Source: a phage. From it: a stretch of 64,000 nucleotides of DNA. The notes beneath the pieces are model-generated. The model did not search any database. It saw only the letters and a list, made by a program, of their open reading frames with translations, and had not been told where the DNA came from. The stretch lies in the sequence record MZ956763.1. One strand, 5' to 3'. Both the position numbers and the translations under genes were made by a program. Positions 39,823 to 49,136 of this stretch are shown in pieces; position 1 is the stretch's first letter, and the number at the start of each line of letters is the position of its first letter.

Positions 39823-40095
39823 ATGTATACTACTAACAACGGTCGCACCTTAAACGTAACCCTACGCCACTATGTAAACGGGGTGATGCACTTCGAGGAT
39901 TTACGGGCTGAACAGCATATTTTGGATTGGCAACTTGCAGGACTCCAAAAAACTGCTACAGGATACGGGAAAAAGATTTCAACTAGTTGGAAAGTATACT
40001 ACGAGGGACGTTTGCGCAGAATTTATCAAGATGTGTACAGTAATAGCGCATCAAGTTACATCATGGTAAAAGGTAAAAAACTGCATTTAGTATAA
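39823..40095 (+). CDS. small hypothetical protein (array gene 5)
   Basis: promoter-hairpin-SD leader. Confidence 0.5.
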   Translation: MYTTNNGRTLNVTLRHYVNGVMHFEDLRAEQHILDWQLAGLQKTATGYGKKISTSWKVYYEGRLRRIYQDVYSNSASSYIMVKGKKLHLV

Positions 40096-40180
40096 AGTAC
40101 TTTACAAGGGGCTTATAGTTCGATAAAGTAAACCCCAGATAAAGAGCTTTACCACTAAATCCTAAATTGGAGATTCAAAA

Positions 40181-40585
40181 ATGGCTATTAATAACCGTGA
40201 ATTATCAATCTTAAAAGCACGTTTGACCGTCAACCGGATTAATGTTATTACATCATCAGCCCCAGACGAAACACTGCAAAACATTATTGGGAAGATTCAA
40301 AGTGTTATCTTAGACGTTGAAAGCGTAAAAAACTCACTGGCTGACGTTGCAGCAGGTATCACGCTAGACGGTGCACAATATGAAATGACCGACATGTTAG
40401 GCAAATCTAAGGTAATTAATAGGGAGTTAGATTTGAAAATGTTTCGTTTTGCTGTTAAAGTGTGGCTATCTGTCGAGTATGACGCAAATTTTGCAATCGC
40501 TGACTTTTTTGCAACATGGTTGCAACGTAATTTAACAAATCACGATTTTCGTGATATCTGCGATGTAATTTACGCAGAACTATAA
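40181..40585 (+). CDS. small hypothetical protein (array gene 6)
   Basis: conserved leader and SD. Confidence 0.55.
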   Translation: MAINNRELSILKARLTVNRINVITSSAPDETLQNIIGKIQSVILDVESVKNSLADVAAGITLDGAQYEMTDMLGKSKVINRELDLKMFRFAVKVWLSVEYDANFAIADFFATWLQRNLTNHDFRDICDVIYAEL

Positions 40586-40596
40586 AATTTCTCTTG

Positions 40597-40685
40597 ATTT
40601 TGTTTTTTAAAGCAAGTAAATTACTAATCAACGGGAGGTCATCACCTACCCACTACATAAAACCCTTAAACTAGGAGATTCTAAA
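40597..40685 (+). promoter_or_regulatory. class-2 leader of small-gene array: promoter, 5'UTR hairpin and SD (representative copy)
   Basis: TTGATT, 17 bp, TAAATT then TCAACGGGAGG...CCTACCC hairpin then CTTAAACTAGGAGATTCTAAAATG; similar copies end at about 39822, 41907, 42468, 43064, 43393. Confidence 0.5.
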
Positions 40686-40889
40686 ATGGCTATTATTAAC
40701 GGTTTAAACATTGAGACTACTCACATCAAAGATATCAAAGTCGGTGATATAGTCCTTTTTCACGGCGTAGAAAAAACCGTCACGGCGAAAGATATCAAGG
40801 AGGATTCATTCATGGGCCGAACCCTCTTCGGTGATTCCTATTGCTTAGGTTACCTTGCAGTTTTAAAAGTTGTCAAAAATAATCGTTAA
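40686..40889 (+). CDS. small hypothetical protein (array gene 7)
   Basis: promoter-hairpin-SD leader. Confidence 0.5.
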   Translation: MAIINGLNIETTHIKDIKVGDIVLFHGVEKTVTAKDIKEDSFMGRTLFGDSYCLGYLAVLKVVKNNR

Positions 40890-40976
40890 AGTACTTTACA
40901 AGGGGCTTATAGTTCGATAAAGTAAGCCCCAGATAAAGAGCTTTACCACTCAATCCTTAAACTAGGAGATTCAAAA

Positions 40977-41519
40977 ATGAAATGCTTTCACGGTACTACT
41001 CAAGAAAACTTCATCAACCTGATTAATAACGGTGATAAGCCATCAGGTGCATGGAATTGTTCGGATATGGACGGCAATTTTTACGTGTATCCAGAGAATA
41101 AAATCTATGGCGACGATGAGGAAGAGATAACATCTGAAGGCATCCAGCAAGCGTTAGGCAATGCCACTATCACGGCAGCTTTCCAGATGAAAACCCAAAA
41201 TATTGTTATCTTAGAACTTGATATCCCAGAGGATGACCTGAATGATGATTATTCTTGCGATAATATGTCTGGCGTAGCAAGTTTTACAGAATACTTCGAT
41301 TTGAATTGGATTAAAAAGGTTTACGTAACTGAGTTTAATGCGATGTTTTCGCCTTTTTGTCTTCCTTCATTGGATAACCCAAATTTAAACTATCTTGACG
41401 AGTCTCTGGAACTTCTTGCTAAAAGTGTTCAACAGTCGGACAGTATTCAGGTTTTTTGTGACATCATGGATACACTAACGGGAAACATCGCAGAAGAGGA
41501 TTTAAAGAGCTTTTTTTAA
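40977..41519 (+). CDS. hypothetical acidic protein (array gene 8)
   Basis: 180 aa; conserved leader. Confidence 0.55.
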   Translation: MKCFHGTTQENFINLINNGDKPSGAWNCSDMDGNFYVYPENKIYGDDEEEITSEGIQQALGNATITAAFQMKTQNIVILELDIPEDDLNDDYSCDNMSGVASFTEYFDLNWIKKVYVTEFNAMFSPFCLPSLDNPNLNYLDESLELLAKSVQQSDSIQVFCDIMDTLTGNIAEEDLKSFF

Positions 41520-41585
41520 AAACCTATGCAATCACCTTATAAACACTAATCAGCCCCTTACAGGGGCTTTTAAGGGGCTTAAATC

Positions 41586-41819
41586 ATGCTTATAACCGTT
41601 TATCTTATCCTTTCTATTTGTAATGGCCATTCATGTGATTTTAAAGGGCTTGAGGAGTTCACAGGAAGTAAAGAAAATGCTGTTCAGGTCTGTCAGATAG
41701 CAAGGCAAGACTACCCCGCCAGTGATGACATACAATGTTATTTTAAGACAGAAGATGAAGATGGTATCTATTTCGATAGTGTAGACGGTCAATATGAAAT
41801 AATTATAGAAAAAGACTAG
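41586..41819 (+). CDS. small hypothetical Cys-containing protein
   Basis: 77 aa ORF, no conserved leader. Confidence 0.4.
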   Translation: MLITVYLILSICNGHSCDFKGLEEFTGSKENAVQVCQIARQDYPASDDIQCYFKTEDEDGIYFDSVDGQYEIIIEKD

Positions 41820-41907
41820 ACAAGCCTGATAAAAATCTGTAAATTGTCAATCAACGGGAGGGATGACCTCCCAACTAAACAAAGTCCTTAAACTAGGAGA
41901 TTCAAAA

Positions 41908-42249
41908 ATGGCTTATGTAACCGTAATTACCAATAAAGAAGATTCATCTTGGTCAACTCAAGTAAGTGACAAGATGTCACCTATGCAGTGCCTAAAATAC
42001 TTTGAGCAATGGAACAAAGGTGAGGAAACAAGCCCCTTTCAAGTAATGCAGATTATTCATACAGACAACGAAGGGAATAAAACTGTTTTGAATAGTGAGT
42101 ACTATGCAACCAGATTAGAAACGAGAAGTAAAGCAATGAAGCTCTTACGTGAATCCGGTTATTCTCATATTGCCGCGCTAATCTGGGATGACCTCCTAAA
42201 AAGTCAGCGTATCAGCTATGTAAAACCTGAAAAAATATTCATCAGTTAA
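41908..42249 (+). CDS. small hypothetical protein (array gene 9)
   Basis: start at ATG directly after conserved leader; track ORF begins upstream inside leader. Confidence 0.5.
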   Translation: MAYVTVITNKEDSSWSTQVSDKMSPMQCLKYFEQWNKGEETSPFQVMQIIHTDNEGNKTVLNSEYYATRLETRSKAMKLLRESGYSHIAALIWDDLLKSQRISYVKPEKIFIS

Positions 42250-42468
42250 TCAATAACTTACAAAAAACTTTTAAAAAAATGTTGACAATCCCTCTTGACA
42301 TTGGTAACTTTGTTCGAGGGGGCTTATCTAAAAGGGATTCACTTAAAAGATTCTTTATAGATAAGCTCAAAAATTGCTTGCAATCAGCTATCAAAACAAG
42401 TAAATTACTAATCAACGGGAGGGATAACCTCCCCACTAAGTAAAGTCCTTAAACTAGGAGATTCAAAA

Positions 42469-42999
42469 ATGAACAAGTTCAAAGCTATCAACTTCATTCG
42501 TTCAAATAGTGTTATGTCTAAGCCTGTTAAAGACACCTATGAATTTCGTTGTAATGGTGTACACTTTGCAACCATCACTAAATCAGAAAACGGGGCTTAT
42601 TACATTCATCGTCGTAATGTTGCAACCGTTGTAGTCTCTCACTTTATGCAAGCCGTTGCGGAACTCCTCCCGATGTTTTTAGGGCTTTACTTAGATGAGT
42701 GTAAAAACGTTCACAATCACGTTAAAAACCTTTTAAACAGTTATAAAATGGCTTATGAACGTTCTATCAAGTCCTTAAACAAGTTCTATAAAGCCCCTGT
42801 AAATACTGTTTCAATGGCCTACGCTGCAAATGGTGAAAGAGTAAGCCTATCCGATGTGGAAGATATCGAGCTTTACGACCATCGTCCTAACGGTTACTCT
42901 CAGACCCTCGGTGAAGGTTTATCATTCAATATCAAGAACTTAGAAAAAACTTTAAAAGATATTGAAAAAGATATTGACGAGACAATCAAAAATCTGTAA
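42469..42999 (+). CDS. hypothetical protein (array gene 10)
   Basis: 176 aa; conserved leader. Confidence 0.55.
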   Translation: MNKFKAINFIRSNSVMSKPVKDTYEFRCNGVHFATITKSENGAYYIHRRNVATVVVSHFMQAVAELLPMFLGLYLDECKNVHNHVKNLLNSYKMAYERSIKSLNKFYKAPVNTVSMAYAANGERVSLSDVEDIELYDHRPNGYSQTLGEGLSFNIKNLEKTLKDIEKDIDETIKNL

Positions 43000-43064
43000 A
43001 TTACTAATCAACGGGAGGGATGACCTCCCTACTAAATAAAGTCCTTAAACTAGGAGTTATCAAG

Positions 43065-43328
43065 ATGGAAAACGTAGAATTAACCACACTTTTACAAATT
43101 GCAACCGACAAAGAAAACGTAGCATTAATTCACCGCATCGAAAGTGATTTGTTCAATGGTGAAATCATCAAAGAGTCTTACGAAGTTGTCGGATTCAAAG
43201 ATGGTAAAACGTTTGGATTCTTTGACCTCGAAAAAGGCAACGCTATTACAAAATATGATGTTNTATCTTGTGAGATTCTTACAAAATACAACGAAAAAAG
43301 GCTTGCAACATACGCNAACATGCAGTAA
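43065..43328 (+). CDS. small hypothetical protein (array gene 11)
   Basis: start after conserved leader; contains ambiguous bases (N) at 43263 and 43316. Confidence 0.45.
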   Translation: MENVELTTLLQIATDKENVALIHRIESDLFNGEIIKESYEVVGFKDGKTFGFFDLEKGNAITKYDVXSCEILTKYNEKRLATYXNMQ

Positions 43329-43393
43329 ATTACTAATCAACGGGAGGGATGACCTCCNTACTAAATAAAACCNTTAAACTAGGAGATTCAAAA

Positions 43394-43642
43394 ATGGCAA
43401 CTATCCGCGCAACCGTTAACNAATTNNGCTTCTACTCTCTGGATGTTAAATTTGACCTTGTGGGCACTGATAACGCCTTTGAAATGGTGAAAGGTCTTAT
43501 CAGTCAGACCATCAAAGACTATAATCCTTCTGATGAGTTCTGGAAAGAAACAAAACAGGAAGTTCTTAAAGATGGTTATTCTTTTCACTATTGGGGTGAA
43601 AAAATTGTCTCTCTGTACTACGATAAAGAAGGCACTAACTAA
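43394..43642 (+). CDS. small hypothetical protein (array gene 12)
   Basis: start after conserved leader; Ns at 43421 and 43426-43427; followed by terminator. Confidence 0.45.
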   Translation: MATIRATVNXXXFYSLDVKFDLVGTDNAFEMVKGLISQTIKDYNPSDEFWKETKQEVLKDGYSFHYWGEKIVSLYYDKEGTN

Positions 43643-43680
43643 ACGCCGCAGCGGGGCTAAATAGCCCCAGATACCTTTAC

Positions 43681-43707
43681 AGCCCCTCTGAATAGGGGCT
43701 TTTTTAC
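43681..43707 (+). terminator. intrinsic terminator closing small-gene array
   Basis: AGCCCCTCTGAATAGGGGCTTTTTT. Confidence 0.6.
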
Positions 43708-43710
43708 GTC

Positions 43711-45300
43711 TTATACAATCCTTATACAAACCCTTTCCCTTTCCTTCCTAGAATCTTACTAGACCTTAAAAGCAATAACTCTATAGTCTACTCTATAGCC
43801 TTTTATCAAATCAACTTAAATATAAGCCCATAACCCGAAAGGGAAGGGCAACCATTTAAACGCTCTATAAAGCCCTATAACAACCTTATTAACCCAACTT
43901 AAGGGATTGCATTATCTCACCCTTAAAAGCCCTTTATAAAGCTTCCTAGAGCCTTAAAAGAATCTTATAAGGGTGTAAGCTTTATTATCTCGTTAGCTAT
44001 CTTGTGAATAACTAAAAAGGGCTATGAGATAGATTCTATCGAATCCTATTGTTAGTGTCTTAAAAGTATGTTATAGGGGCTATGAAGTAGCTTAAAAGTT
44101 GCTTAAAAGTTACGTAAAAGAGGTTATAAAGTTACGTAAATGCTAGCCCCCTTAACATTTTCTTAACAATTTCTTAACAATCCCTACATAGTTATGCTTT
44201 TAAGGCACTTGTTAGCAACTTGTTAGCCCCTTGTTAAATCTCTGTTAAGACCACGTAAAAGCCTTGTAAGAGTCTTTGACATAGCCTTAAAAGCTCCTGT
44301 AAAGCCCTATAAAGAGCTATCCATACAGTTGAGGGGTAGATACTAGGAAGAGACTTAAAAGGGCTTATAAGGGGCTATAGAGAGCTTTTAAGAGATATGT
44401 TTAGAGATTCACTAAGAGGAAAGGGAATGATAAGAAAAGAGATAGTGACCATGTTAATAGCTTGTTAAAAAGATTAAACACTTGTTAGGAACTTGTTAAT
44501 TATCTTTACAAAATAACCCTTAAAAATTAACTTGTTAGCTCTTGTTAGTCATCTGTTAAGATTCTGTAAAGCCTATTCAGTACTTGTTAGAAAACTGTTA
44601 CAACCTTGTTAGTTCTGTTAAGAATATGTTAAGACCTCTGAAGAGATGTTAAAGAGATGTAGCAACTGTTAAGAGATTGTTAATGATATTTTAAAATTTT
44701 GCAAAGGGGGTGTTAAGGGGCTGTTAAGGGCTACCAAGCAGATATACATCCTAATCAGATATTTTTGAGTTCCTTCAAAGACCCTAAAAAATGACTTGAT
44801 AGTCCTATTTTATAAAAATTTTAAAATTCTGAATAATTACCTATACAGTCTTCTAAAAATACAGGCATAAACAGGCTTATAAGATACCTTGTTAGTACCG
44901 TGTTAGACCTTGTGAGATAAGGTCTGTAAAGATATTCCTGTTAAGTTTGCTAAAACAGTCTATATAGAGGCTTAGTAATACCTAGTGAACATCTATAGAG
45001 GGTATCATAGGTAACCTAGAGATTAAGAGGTGTATAGGAGCTTCTAAGAGGGTATAGAGAGGTGGTTAAGGTGATTGTATAGGTTGTTAAGAAGGCTTGT
45101 TAGGAGAGTGTTTAGAAGGCTTGTTAGAGGGCTAGTTAGAAGGGTTATACAGAGGGGCTATTAAGACCACTAGATAGTTACTAAGATACTATATAGTACT
45201 ATATAACTATATAGAGAGTAAGATTAAGAAGGTTGTTAAGAAGGATAGATATTTTATTCACATATGATGGTGACCCAGAGGTTGGGACAACCGATAAAAT
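43711..45300. repeat. ORF-free region dense in degenerate short motifs (CTTGTTAG, CTGTTAAG, CTTAAAAG, CTATAAAG)
   Basis: about 1.6 kb with no ORF of 60 aa or more in any frame; dozens of motif copies at irregular spacing; between convergent gene blocks. Confidence 0.6.
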
Positions 45301-45312
45301 TTTATAAAAATT

Positions 45313-45338
45313 AAAAAGCCCCCAATTAAGGAGGCTCT
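45313..45338 (-). terminator. intrinsic terminator closing minus-strand block
   Basis: minus strand reads AGAGCCTCCTTAATTGGGGGCTTTTT; same 23-nt core as terminator at 7365. Confidence 0.5.
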
Positions 45339-45347
45339 TAAGATATT

Positions 45348-45941
45348 TTAAATCAGTGTTTCCAGAACTGTTTTTAATGATGACTTGGTTGTCTGATAAA
45401 AATGAGTAAATCCATTGTTGTTATCAAATACCTGCATCATGATATCATCTCCCTTGATTGGGTACACTCGGATATCATAGTGGAAACCGTTAAAGACACA
45501 AGAACCACTACAGAATGCTCTAAAATCATCCACTGAGATATACTCTTCATGACCTGTGATTTTTATACAAACACCTTTACTCGGCCTCTTAGGGTTGATA
45601 TCTTCCATCACAGACATATTCTGCCCACCAAGAGATACCATAGTGACCACTTTACGGTTCTTCTGTTTAAAGTACATTTTAACTTTCTGTAAAGTGTCTT
45701 CATAGAACGGATAAGACTTCTCTACAAAGATTCCTTCTAATGGCTCTTTACCGTTTACAATACCTCTGGTATGACGTACTGAGAAGATAAGTTGCTCTAG
45801 TATGTCAAGGCTTTCTTCGGAGAGTGCTTCCCGAATATCATTCCAGTCAAGTACTAGGTAGTTACCTTCAACTTCTTTTAAGTTATCTTTTTCCATATCT
45901 ATCACGCCATTATCGTAAAACTTGGTAAGCTGGAACTGCAA
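45348..45941 (-). CDS. hypothetical protein
   Basis: 197 aa ORF; last gene of minus-strand block. Confidence 0.5.
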   Translation of the reverse strand: MQFQLTKFYDNGVIDMEKDNLKEVEGNYLVLDWNDIREALSEESLDILEQLIFSVRHTRGIVNGKEPLEGIFVEKSYPFYEDTLQKVKMYFKQKNRKVVTMVSLGGQNMSVMEDINPKRPSKGVCIKITGHEEYISVDDFRAFCSGSCVFNGFHYDIRVYPIKGDDIMMQVFDNNNGFTHFYQTTKSSLKTVLETLI

Positions 45942-46374
45942 ACTTGTTGCCGTTGTTCTTAATGAGGTCTTCTTCTGTTACTAAGAATGTAATCCCACAC
46001 AAGTGTGTGTAGTGGCTATCATACTCAAATATTTTAAGTAAGTATTTACCATCGTGATAAACAGACTCTACTACACCTTTTGCAACAATCTTTCCAGTCT
46101 TGAAATCTTTAAGAGGGTATGTATTACCGACTCTAGGGACTGTTTTCATCTCAGGCTCTTTTAGCTTATCACCAGCTTCTACATCACCTAGCAAGTGAGA
46201 ACTTTCAAACGCTACATATTGCATATAGGCTTCTGAGCATTCCCAGATAAAGCAATGTACAAGAACCTTAGCAGCATGTCTTGAACAATTCAACTTATCA
46301 CAAATCTCTTTGTACATTTCATCTTTAATTGAGTTGTCAAGCATTGCTTTTTGGACTACTTCTTTAATTTTCAT
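45910..46374 (-). CDS. hypothetical protein
   Basis: 154 aa ORF. Confidence 0.5.
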   Translation of the reverse strand: MKIKEVVQKAMLDNSIKDEMYKEICDKLNCSRHAAKVLVHCFIWECSEAYMQYVAFESSHLLGDVEAGDKLKEPEMKTVPRVGNTYPLKDFKTGKIVAKGVVESVYHDGKYLLKIFEYDSHYTHLCGITFLVTEEDLIKNNGNKFAVPAYQVLR

Positions 46375-46426
46375 TTCGCTACCTTCTAAGTTTCTACAAA
46401 GGGGCTATCAAGTAACCCCTAAGCTA

Positions 46427-46651
46427 TTACTCAGACTTTTCAGTCTTCTTATCGGATTTCTTACTAGTCTTCTTCTCAGCTTTCTGCTCAGGTTCCTTCT
46501 CAGAAGTTGCCTTGATAACCATATCAAGAAGCTCTGATAAGTCACTCTTCAGCAAAGTAACAGGCTGCTCGTTGTAGAAGTTTTTGTCAAGATAAACTTT
46601 AAACTCTTCTATAGAAGGAAATCCAAAAATTGGTACAGGTGTCTTAATCAT
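46427..46651 (-). CDS. hypothetical protein with lysine-rich acidic tail
   Basis: 74 aa ORF. Confidence 0.4.
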   Translation of the reverse strand: MIKTPVPIFGFPSIEEFKVYLDKNFYNEQPVTLLKSDLSELLDMVIKATSEKEPEQKAEKKTSKKSDKKTEKSE

Positions 46652-46727
46652 TACTTAGTTTCTCCATAGGCATCTTTTAAGATTGCCTTGTTAATCATTT
46701 CAGCGATTGCAAAACGAACACATATAG

Positions 46728-47261
46728 CTATAATTGTAGGTTGCATTCTTTACTTACCTCTTCAAGTTTAACCTCAGAATCCTTAAGTCGTTTCTTATGA
46801 ACTCTGAACCTTATTAGTGAGATGATGATACCAGCTAAAGGAACAGCATACAAGTACCAGATATCATGTACCTTTGCAGTAATCTGTGTAATGGTCAAAT
46901 CTTGAGCTATGCAGCTTATTGCTGATACTGCCAGTAACATTGCTAAGAAGAACGCCAGTACCATAACAATACTTAGGCAACCTCTGGCATGGTGTTCATG
47001 CTTAATGCACTTATTCTTTTCGTCAACAACTCTGTTGTAGTCATTTGCAAAGTCTCTGTAGAAAGCTTTCAGGTATTCTTGAGTGTAGCCTTCAAAGCAA
47101 CCTGTACCATACCAATAATCACCACCAAAATGTGCTATGATACCAGTCTCTCCATTTGGTTTCGTCACTCTTAAAGAAGTATGATGGCAAGTATCCTGAA
47201 AATCTATCTTGTATCTTTCTTCGTAAATCATTTTCAAACCCCTCTCAATCGTTTGTTCCAC
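46728..47261 (-). CDS. hypothetical membrane protein
   Basis: 177 aa; two hydrophobic segments. Confidence 0.5.
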   Translation of the reverse strand: MEQTIERGLKMIYEERYKIDFQDTCHHTSLRVTKPNGETGIIAHFGGDYWYGTGCFEGYTQEYLKAFYRDFANDYNRVVDEKNKCIKHEHHARGCLSIVMVLAFFLAMLLAVSAISCIAQDLTITQITAKVHDIWYLYAVPLAGIIISLIRFRVHKKRLKDSEVKLEEVSKECNLQL

Positions 47262-47446
47262 TCAAGGTCAACAAGTCTTTGCAGGACTTTCCCTCTAGGT
47301 GTTACGCCTTTTAAATCTGCATCATAGCAACGGTAAAAGTCACCTTCAGCGTGTTTACCATAGCATTTTCTGATATTCTGGCTTCTACGATACTGTTCTA
47401 ACAGGGAAAGTTTGTAGTAATCTTCAACTGTAGTTAACTTTTTCAT
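47234..47446 (-). CDS. hypothetical protein
   Basis: 70 aa ORF. Confidence 0.35.
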   Translation of the reverse strand: MKKLTTVEDYYKLSLLEQYRRSQNIRKCYGKHAEGDFYRCYDADLKGVTPRGKVLQRLVDLEWNKRLRGV

Positions 47447-47529
47447 TCTTTTACCATGTCTCTTATCTAGAAACTAAAAAGGGAACTACCTCTCGATAGC
47501 TCCCATCATAGTCAATATTGTATACTCGG

Positions 47530-48111
47530 TCAAGAGTATTTTTTAGGCAGTAATGCACTGCGTTTGTTACTCTCTTCACTCAATAGTGCAATGAAGTCAT
47601 CACTTTTACCTTTCCACGGGCTGAATGAAGGGATATGTTCACGGATAGCCTCAATCACTGTTTTAAGTGCTGTGTTCTTCATCCACCAATCAGAATCTGC
47701 TGATGCTACCACGTAGTATCCACCGTCATCAGTTAAAATTGGCTCTGAAATACATGGTGAAATCAAAGTGGTGATAATTGAACCATTGTTCATGTAGTAT
47801 GTACGCTTCATAACCTTTTCAAGAAGCTTGTGAAGGTCACCAAACAGTGTTACAAGTTCTTTGTGGTCGATGTCTTTTTCTAGGCTTGCTCGGTACTTCA
47901 ATAGTGCAGCATCAACCTCTCTGTCATTAAACTTGAAATATTGAACTTCATCAACAAGGCAAACACTGATGTTGTTAACATTCATAGTCAGCTTGCAAAC
48001 TTTTGCAGGAGAGTTGATGCTTGGTTGAAAAAGTGCAACACATCCTTCAATATTTCCAAAGTGTTGTACAAGTGTAACTTGTGGAATGATATCCTGTTGC
48101 TCTTCGGACAT
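47530..48111 (-). CDS. hypothetical protein
   Basis: 193 aa ORF. Confidence 0.5.
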   Translation of the reverse strand: MSEEQQDIIPQVTLVQHFGNIEGCVALFQPSINSPAKVCKLTMNVNNISVCLVDEVQYFKFNDREVDAALLKYRASLEKDIDHKELVTLFGDLHKLLEKVMKRTYYMNNGSIITTLISPCISEPILTDDGGYYVVASADSDWWMKNTALKTVIEAIREHIPSFSPWKGKSDDFIALLSEESNKRSALLPKKYS

Positions 48112-48455
48112 TACAGTTTCCTCATTAAATACTTTTTAAGTTGTGTGTTAGGTTTCTCAAAAACTTCTATAGAAGATATCTTAACAGACTCACCACGCAT
48201 ACCTGTATGTTTGAATATGTAGTACTCTAACATCCCTATATACTTTGCTGGTAAGTCATGCTTGACATATACCGTCACAGAATCTTCAAATTCAACAACC
48301 TTTGTACCATCTTTGTAGTTAAACTCTTTAGGATGGTTGTAGTTATCTATGTCATACATTAAAAAGAGTCTTTTACGTTGTAAGTCAAGCTTATTTGTTA
48401 AAGACTCTTTGATATCTGAGAAGTTTTTGTAAACTGTGACATGGAGCTTACTCAT
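48111..48455 (-). CDS. hypothetical protein
   Basis: 114 aa ORF. Confidence 0.45.
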   Translation of the reverse strand: MSKLHVTVYKNFSDIKESLTNKLDLQRKRLFLMYDIDNYNHPKEFNYKDGTKVVEFEDSVTVYVKHDLPAKYIGMLEYYIFKHTGMRGESVKISSIEVFEKPNTQLKKYLMRKL

Positions 48456-48741
48456 CGTTAAACTCTCTGACGAAGAAATAGTTGACTTTGTTATTGCCTA
48501 CCATAAGGTCAAAGCAGGTATTCTCAAAAGGTTTGTTGTAGGCATCATATGAAACATATGGGTCAGCTACTTGCTTAGTGCTTAACTTCTTACTTGATGG
48601 GTTTAAGAGGCCACCATATAGTTTCTTGATAGCCTCTTCTACAACAGACCAGATAATTTCGTCAGTAATTTCTTCGTACAGGTCAAGTTCACGCTCTAGT
48701 GAGAAGTCACAAATAGGGAAAACAACCTGTACTTTACTCAT
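48448..48741 (-). CDS. hypothetical protein
   Basis: 97 aa ORF. Confidence 0.45.
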   Translation of the reverse strand: MSKVQVVFPICDFSLERELDLYEEITDEIIWSVVEEAIKKLYGGLLNPSSKKLSTKQVADPYVSYDAYNKPFENTCFDLMVGNNKVNYFFVREFNDE

Positions 48742-49136
48742 TAACGAATAACCTGTGATACTTGAATTGCTTCAGTTACAGACAAATCACCAACTTTCTC
48801 TTCTTTGATAAAAGTGAAGGTGATTTCAACAGGCTCTTGCTCTTCTTGCTCAACTGGAATGCCATTAAGCTCATCAAAGATTGACTGAGTTGTCCAGTCT
48901 TCTCCACCATCTGGATAGTGGATTGCATAAAGAGGAAACTCTAAATTATACCAAGCAAAAACAGGGCAACCATCGGCATCATCTCGGCATCTGTGGAGAT
49001 ATGTGTTTGTACCTTCAAAATGCAAATGCAGATTGCCATTCTTCTCAAATAGAAGAGCATCTTGCAGGTCTAGCTCCTCATTTTCGCTGTAACGACTAAC
49101 ATCAACTTTAACGTGGATATGACTGTTATTATTCAT
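48741..49136 (-). CDS. hypothetical protein
   Basis: 131 aa ORF. Confidence 0.45.
   Translation of the reverse strand: MNNNSHIHVKVDVSRYSENEELDLQDALLFEKNGNLHLHFEGTNTYLHRCRDDADGCPVFAWYNLEFPLYAIHYPDGGEDWTTQSIFDELNGIPVEQEEQEPVEITFTFIKEEKVGDLSVTEAIQVSQVIR

Noticed and set aside
43711-45300. CRISPR array
   Set aside because: Motifs are only 8-9 bp, degenerate and irregularly spaced; no repeat-spacer periodicity
43711-45300. Protein-coding region using an alternative genetic code (stop-codon reassignment)
   Set aside because: Stops occur in all six frames because the motif itself contains TAA/TAG; the rest of the window is coded with the standard code
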